Assembly: GCF_009914755.1 (NCBI RefSeq)
Contig: NC_060929.1
Reading direction: 5' to 3' (one strand)
Source of the DNA: the human T2T-CHM13v2.0 reference genome, Homo sapiens
Length of the DNA: 64,000 nt
Shown piece after piece: positions 51,293 to 64,000 of the stretch. Numbering within the stretch: the stretch's first letter is position 1; each line of letters begins with the position of its first letter. The translations under genes were made by a program, and so were the position numbers. Under the pieces are notes generated by a model, which was given only the letters and a program-made list of their open reading frames with translations, was not told where the DNA came from and did not search any database.

Positions 51293-52029
51293 GTATTTTT
51301 ATGGCTGTCTTTGTGCTTCTTTATATATTTCAAGTTTTCTTCAAGGATTGCAAGTAATTTTTAGAATCAAGGAATAGAAACTACAAATGTTGTGTTTTAT
51401 GGTAGTTATTTATTTTAAAACCCAAAGGAATAAAAAAATACATACAAGAATTGATTGGTTTAGGGTTCATGGATTTTAGGTACTATTCAGAGTATAATAG
51501 AATTAGCCAATTCAATTTTGTAAAGCTATTGGAATTTTCCAAGACTTATTGAGGCAGCTGAAATATCTAAGAAAGCCTTCAAGCTATCTCATGATTGCTT
51601 TCCCAATTCTTACTGCAGAATCAGAGTCTGACATAGAGTGACAGCCTTGACAAGCCCCCCTAAGCAATGGAGCAAGTCACTCAGTGAGAGGTACAAGTTG
51701 CAGGGTCAAGAATTCCAGGGGAAAAAAAAGAAACAAAGAAAAGAAACAAGGCTAGAACTAGTTCACCATCAGGGGATATTTTAAAGGCGTCTGGAGGTCT
51801 TTCCTCAACCAATCTCTAATGCTCAGGCAGCGACTTAACCCCTGAAAGAATGGAACTGGAGTCTGACCAGGAGTGACCTTTCCTGGTTCTTCAATAAACA
51901 TCTCTTGCAAGACTCCTTAGAGGTCAATTGGAGAACCCAAAATGCTGACTTTTCAAAAACACTAAGGAAAAGGCAGAAGAAAAGAGAAACCATAAAAAAA
52001 GAAAAGGAACAATTTGGTGAAAACACCTC

Positions 52030-52060
<31 letters not shown>

Positions 52061-52070
52061 CCATGCCTAC

Positions 52071-52429
52071 TGTGAAGGAATAAATTGTGTCCCCTCAAAA
52101 TTCATATGTTGAAGTGCTAACCCTCAGTACCTTGGATGCAAATGTATATTGAGATAGCGCCTTTAAAGAGATAGTTAAGGTAAAATGAGGTCATATCAAT
52201 GGACCCTAATCCAATACAACTGGTATTCTTACAAGAGATTAGGACATGGAAGGACAGGCAGAGGGAAGACAGCCACCTGCAAGCCAAGGAGAGAGGACTT
52301 AGAAGAAACCAACCCTGCTGACACCTTGACCCAGGACTTGTAGAACCCAGAGCAGTGCGAAAATAAATTTCTGTTGTTTAAGCTACCCAGTCTGCGGTGT
52401 TTGTTTGATAGGCCTAGCAGACTAATATA
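52071..52429 (+). mobile_element. MLT1A-like MaLR LTR, about 110 bp from the exon 3 donor
   Basis: AATTGTGTCCCCTCAAAATTCATATGTTGAAG start and GACTAATATA end. Confidence 0.8.
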
Positions 52430-52540
52430 CGCATGTGTACACGCACACACTCACACACACACTGAGAGAGAGCAAGTCACTGGGCTGCCTCATTCAGTGA
52501 GACAGCACTGTTCTAAGAAACCCAAGATACATCTGCGTAC

Positions 52541-52819
52541 CTGCAGTGAGGATGGGCCCTTCCTTAGAAGGCTCGGGAGTCAGAAGACCTGTGGCTTCCT
52601 CCGGAAGGGTGCTTGGGGTTAGTGAAAGGCACGTGTTTGCTGTTGTGAAGACGGCAATGGTTGTCATCTGGAGTGGTGTTCCGGTTGTGAGATCGGGTGT
52701 GGTCACGACTGTTGTTGGAAGTGCAGCTGGGGTTGTTGTCATTTGTCGGGTGGTGGTGGGGCTTGTTGTTGTTGTTCTGCGTGTGGTGGTGGTTGCTGTT
52801 CTGTGCGTGGTTGTTGAGG
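52541..52819 (-). CDS. TIMD4: TIMD4 exon 3, Thr-rich mucin stalk (279 bp, phase 1-1)
   Basis: ttggttacag|CCTCAAC ... CTGCAG|gtacgc. Encodes ASTTTHRTATTTT...EGPILTA in frame with exon 2. Confidence 0.97.
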
Positions 52820-52984
52820 CTGTAACCAACAACAGACATGTTTGGCACCAAGCGGAGATGGAGGAAAAAGAAAATAATGCAAGTATATCTGGGACCCATC
52901 CATTTCTGTTGTCCTCACCTGGTCCACTGGCCTGGACGATTGTAATGCCCAATAAAATTGTGTTTCCTGCCCCCACCCTGACAT

Positions 52985-53920
<936 letters not shown>

Positions 53921-54359
53921 AAGTGAGCTCAAAGTATGCAACCTAGAGTGAGAATGTGGTCTCTTTCAGACAGTAAAGATTGGTTCATACCAACACCACT
54001 CACCTCCTACATATCTGATTTGAGCTTCATTAGCTACCGTTTATTCGACAGATCTCATCCTCCCTAGAATATGCCAAATTTCCAGTGACTCTAATGGACC
54101 AGAAAGACACCATTTGTTCCAAGTGAACTTCGAAATGACCTCATAATATATAAAGGTCAAGTATTTTATAAAATAATAGCTGGTTATACCCAACTTGAAA
54201 AGAGAAGACTTGAGTGGGAGTCATCTAACTTCAATAAACCTCATTTCTCTCTTCTGCAAAATTGGAATAGCTTTTATCTCAGAATGTTGCCTTAAGAGAA
54301 AGACATACTAATATGTATGTAAGTTCTTAAATTAGAAGCATTTACATCAGTTGGCCTCA

Positions 54360-54860
<501 letters not shown>

Positions 54861-55445
54861 TTATTGTTAGCATTATTCAACCATACGCTCAATGCAGCTC
54901 AAATTTTTGAAGTCCCACCATATCCCAGATTTCATCAAAAGCAACTGATAGTAACAGAAGAAAAAGCTCCTGAAAACTGCTATGACTGTGTCCAAATCTC
55001 ATGCCCTTTCTCCCCTGCCAGAAGTGGCAAACTGTTGGTTTACTGGTTGAAGGTGACCCCTGAATACATTTTATTTAGTTCATGCAGTTTTTTTATTATT
55101 TTGAAATCTGGCAACATGTAAAAAATCAACAGAGTTCACATAAAACTTGATAGGTCTGAAAACACTGGACCCAAATATCTGCAAGGTGGTAATCCCCTAG
55201 ATACGTAGCAGCTGCCTTTTCAGATTGACCCTGCAATTCACGAGTTCCCTTTCCACCTTCCACTCATTTCTGTGGCTGCTTTTGTATTTACTTGCCTACT
55301 TCAAACCACGGCACTTTATTTCAAATTCAATCTTCCCACTCACTGTGAAAGCAACTCTAACCTCTTCACCACCATCCACTGATCCCATTATCCATTAACC
55401 ACTGAATCTCTCCTTCCGCAGGCATGAGGCCCTTCGTGTGCTTAC

Positions 55446-55787
55446 CTCTCTGTAGATTCAGGCGCACGTTTATCTTTACATCGTTGAACCAGCCAGGCAC
55501 TTCTATGCGGCAGCAGTACACACCGCTGTCACTTTCACTGGGGTTTAAGATGGTCAAGGAGACATCACCTCTCGGGATAGTCCCCTGAAGTCTATATTTT
55601 GCTGACTTTCTTGAGGTCACCCTCATTCCATCAGTGCGGATGAGCGCCTCCTTGCAACCGGAGTAGGGGCACTGGTCTTTCCCCCAGCACATGCTGTTGC
55701 TGTTGTGAGACCAGGATGAGTACAGACAGGGCAAAGTCACCCGGTGACCCAAAACCTCCGTCACAACAGTCTCTGAAGTGACTGGTG
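55446..55787 (-). CDS. TIMD4: TIMD4 exon 2, IgV domain (342 bp, phase 1-1)
   Basis: Acceptor ttttccttgcag|CACCAG, donor AGAG|gtaag. Encodes [25 protein letters not shown]...NVRLNLQR with six Cys, RGD (55564-55572) and the WFND phosphatidylserine/metal-binding loop (55480-55491), matching TIM-4. Confidence 0.98.
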
Positions 55788-55827
55788 CTGCAAGGAAAAA
55801 TGCGAAATTTAGGTCATGCAGTACTGA

Positions 55828-56701
<874 letters not shown>

Positions 56702-56867
56702 TCAAATGGGTCTCCCAATCCAGAGAGTGCTATGAGAGAAAGATAGGCTGTAAAACTGTATTCCATTTCCTTCTCTCCTTTCAGTGGAAATTACTAGAAT
56801 TGGAAATTACTTAGACTATTTGTTTGCTGTTAGATAATATGAAGTTAGGTGGAGTTCATGGACTATC

Positions 56868-57300
56868 TATTTATTTTTAATGGACAAATAATAATTGTAT
56901 ATATTTATAGGATACAATGTGATGTTCTGATATACATATACATCGTAGAAAGATTCAATCAAGCTAATTAACATATCCATCGCCTTACCAACTTAACAAA
57001 CTTTTGTGGCAAGAACATTAAAAATCTATTAGCAATTTTGAAATATACAACACATGATTAATTACTGTGGTCACCATGCAGTGCAATAGATCAGTACAAC
57101 TTAGTCCTTCAGTCTAACTGAAACTTTGTACCTTTTAATCAACATCTCCCCTTTCACTATCCCACCCACTCACCCACCCCCCAGCCTCTGGTAACCACCT
57201 TTATACTGTTTCTATGGGATTAACTTTTTTAGATTCTGCATATAAGTGAGATCTTCTATTTGTCTTTCTATGCCTCGCTTATTTCACTTTGCAGCATGTA
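56868..57300 (-). mobile_element. L1MA 3' end
   Basis: AATAATTGTATATATTTAT.GG.TACAATGTGATG and CTCTGGTAACCACC motifs. Confidence 0.8.
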
Positions 57301-58064
57301 TTTTTTGTTAACGTTAGAGCTAGAAGGAACCACAGGAATTATCTAAAATGGCAGCTGTGCCATAAAAAAAAAATGCTGGAGGGTAAGGTTTACTGCATCA
57401 GCTACTTGAGATGGAATGTTTCTCCCTTTCTAAAATGAAGCGTGAGTGTGTTTTAACCACTTCTCCTCATTAGCATGACCTAGGGAGCTTGTTAAAAATA
57501 CATAGTTCATTGCCCAAACCTGAGCCTGAATCCCTAAGGCCAAGGCCAGTGCATATGTACTTGAATCAAGTTCTCCAGGCCACTTTGATGTAGTTGACTA
57601 CCCATCCAGTGTTTGAGAACCACTAGACAAGCTCCTCTAAGATTCCTTTCATCTCTGACAATCTGCAAAACATTTTCACTGTTAAAAATGTTAAGCCCAT
57701 TGGTTTAATTGTGCATCAGAGATTATTCTAAACCATTTCCTTCCCCAAAAATGCTATTGAAGTGAAAGCCAGGCAGGCTGTAGATCTCAGATTGTTGAGA
57801 CCACACCCTGCTCCCCCTTGGGTACCCAGGTCCATGCTTGTTGTTTTCTCTTAGGCACCCTCCTGTGAGATTCTCCATTCACTAACTTTGCTTATTTAGT
57901 TGGCTAAGTTATAGAAGGCATGGCCAGCAGTGCTGTGCTCCTCCTTGACTCAGCTGGCAGTAACATCCAGGCATTCCTCTCTCTAGGAGAAGGTGGACAT
58001 GAGCCCTAAGAGTCACCCATATGGTAAGCAAGACTATGTGCTTCTGGGGTTTTTCACAGTTGGC

Positions 58065-60220
<2,156 letters not shown>

Positions 60221-60662
60221 AGGAAGCAGGTGCTGAGTATGGCAGGAACAACATCCATTAAGCTCACATTGTAAACCCCATTCTGCCATTTACTGCTTTT
60301 GTGTTGTTGGAGGAAAGCCATGATAATCCTGACCTCATTATCATCACAAGGCAAAGGGGATAATACTCACCTCAGAAATGGTTCTGAGCTCCACTTGAAG
60401 AGGAGTAACAAATGCCACGTGAAATTAACAAAGTATTAATACGCGTAACAAAGGACATTAGAATTTAGAAATAAGACAAAAAAAAATGGTTCCTGTCTGT
60501 TGTAAAAGTATCCCTGAGTAAAGCAATTGTTGGTATCAAACCAGTTTCACTTCTGTGGAGCTACCTGGAATGGTGGATACAACCTAGGTCCTTATGCCAG
60601 CTTGGTTCCTTCCATAGCTGGTGAGCTTAAGCAAGGCTGGCCCTTCCCCAATCTGAGTCTCA

Positions 60663-61725
<1,063 letters not shown>

Positions 61726-62109
61726 TGTAGATTGTTTCTTCAGTGCCTATAATGTATCAAGGGTGGAACTAGGTGCTGGAATATAACAAGCCACAAAGCA
61801 GACCTGGGCTGCCCTCATGGGGCCTGCAGAGTACCTAGGAAGATAGTCAAATGAGTGAGCATTTGCTATAGAGTGACAAGTTTACAGATGCAGGAACTCC
61901 AAGGAGGATGCGAACTCATAGCAGAAACACCTGAACTATTCCAGAGGCTACAAGGTAGCCAGGAAAAGCCTGAATTAAGTAGGGACCTGAGGATGCATGG
62001 CACTACGGAGGAAAGAAAGGCAGAGAGAATAGTACAAGTTTGAGAGGTGATGAAACACATTTGTTTTCCTTCAAATATGGGTGTTTTCTCATGCACCATG
62101 TTGGAAAGG

Positions 62110-62826
62110 TTTCTGCACATACAAAGAGCCAAGAGGTAGAAGAAAAAATGTTTAACATTGCTAATCACTGGGGAAATGCAAATCCAAACCACAATGAGGT
62201 ATCACTTCATTTCTGATAAAATGGCTACTATCAAAAAGACAAAAAGCAAGCATTGCTGGCGAGGACGCAAAGAAAGAGGAACTCTCGTACGCTGTTGGTG
62301 GGAATGTAAATTACTACAGCCATTATGGGAAACAGTATGGTGATTCCTTAAAAAACTAAAAATAGAATTACCATATGATCCAACAATCCCACTACTGGGG
62401 ATATATCCCAAAGAAAGGAAATCAATTAAAGAGATATTTACTCTCCCATGTTTATTACAGCACTATGCACGATAGCCAAGATATAGAAGCAACCTACGTG
62501 TCCATCAATGGATGAATGGATAAAGAAAATGTGGTATATGGCCAGGTGCGGTGACTCACGCCTATAAGCCCAGCACTTTGGGAGGCCGAGGTGAGTGGAT
62601 CGCCTGAGGTCAGGAGTTCAAGACCAGCCTGACCAATATGGTGAAACCCCGTCTCTACTAAAAATACAAAAATTAGCCAGGCATGGTGGCAGGCGCCCAT
62701 AGTCCCAGCTACTTGGGAGGCTGAGGCAGGAGAATGGCGTGGACCCAGGAGGCAGAGCTTGCAGTGAGCCGAGATAGAGATAGTGCCACTGCAGTCCGGC
62801 CTAGGCAAAAGAGCGAGACTCCGTCT

Positions 62827-62859
<33 letters not shown>

Positions 62860-63440
62860 AAGAAAAAAAAAAAGAAAATGTGGTATATAAACACAGTAGA
62901 ATATTCAGCCATAAAAAAAGAATGAAACTCAGTCATTTGCAACAACATGGATGGAAACAGAGTTTATTAATATTGTGTTAAGTTAAGCTAGGCACAGAAA
63001 GACAAATATTGCATGTTCCCACTCATACATGAGAGCTAAAAAAGTTGATCTCATGAAAGTGGAGAATAGAATGATAGTCACTGGAGTCTACAAAGGATAG
63101 GGGAAAAGGGGTATGAAGAAAGGCAGGTTAATGGGTACAAAAATACAGTTAGTTAGAACATGAGGAAAAAGGGAAAAAATACAATTAAATAGAAGGAATA
63201 AGTCCTAGTGTTTGATAGCATAGTGGGGTGCCTATTGTTATTAATAATTTCTTGTGTATTTCAAAATAACTAGAAGAGAACATTTGAAATGTTCTCAGCA
63301 CAAAGAAATTTAAATGTTTCAAGAAATGAATATCCCAACTACCCTGATTCGATCATTGTACATTGTATGTATATATCAAAATAACACATATGTAGCCCAT
63401 AAATATGTATAGTTATTTTGTATCCATTTAAAAAAAAATG
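62110..63440 (+). mobile_element. L1MA 3' portion interrupted by an Alu at 62540-62871
   Basis: GAAATGCAAATCCAAACCACAATGAG and CCATATGATCCAACAATCCCACT motifs; 17-bp TSD AAGAAAATGTGGTATAT around the Alu. Confidence 0.9.
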
Positions 63441-64000
63441 GACTTTTGTAAAACTGCAAGGGCCATTCAATATTATCTTGTCCTAGAAGCACAGATTGTG
63501 ACAACTGGTCATTTAAAAAGCCAGGTCTCTCATTTCAAATATGGGAGAGCCAGAGCAATTTAGACATATTCCCAGTGTCAACAGTTAGTGCCCGAGACGC
63601 AGCTGCAGCTCAGGCCAGAACACTTGGCTCTATACCACCAGGATGCAAAGAACTTCACTGGCCAAAACTGAGTGTGTACACTTGCATCATCCAAAACCCA
63701 AAAACAACGTGCAGAAAAGAAACCTTACATAAAGCCTCACCCCAGCAAAACAAAACAAAAAGCAAACACTTCTAAAAACAGAGGGAATGATAAGAATTAT
63801 CACAATTCTCACCAGAACAAATTCTCCTGGCTTATTGATTATATGAATAACACCCATAGAGGAAATCTCTTTTCCCCAATTTATCTGACCACTTATTTCT
63901 GTGTCTCTTCTTCAGTTGCTGTTTCCAATATAAGCCCAAATTACCCCAGCCTAAAACCCCCAGACCAGTCTCTGGATAAACCTCTGTGTAACAAGGCAGG

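Noticed and set aside
62158-62411. ORFs resembling the C-terminus of L1 ORF2
   Set aside because: Decayed, 5'-truncated L1MA split by an Alu; not functional.
63440-64000. Searched for TIMD4 exon 1 and promoter (MSKEPLILWL...)
   Set aside because: No matching coding sequence seen; this is still intron 1.

Overview
Primate, very probably human, genomic DNA. It contains most of TIMD4 (TIM-4, the phosphatidylserine receptor) on the minus strand: coding exons 2-9 run from 55787 down to the stop at 20497, all with GT-AG boundaries read from the sequence. Exon 1 (signal peptide) is not in the window and should lie beyond base 64000. Intron 6 holds an antisense APOO processed pseudogene and the 22-kb intron 5 holds an antisense SVA. 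The rest is dense Alu, L1, L2, MIR, LTR and DNA-transposon sequence, and most ORFs in the supplied track are repeat artefacts. I found no convincing new multi-gene system. The best small-scale oddities are a 33-bp-stem hairpin carrying two octamer motifs, an intron-3 segment complementary to the exon 3/4 junction, an Alu insertion apparently copied from 8.6 kb away, several local duplications and a non-canonical 3' end. Repeat subfamily names come from recalled consensus sequences and repeat boundaries are approximate.
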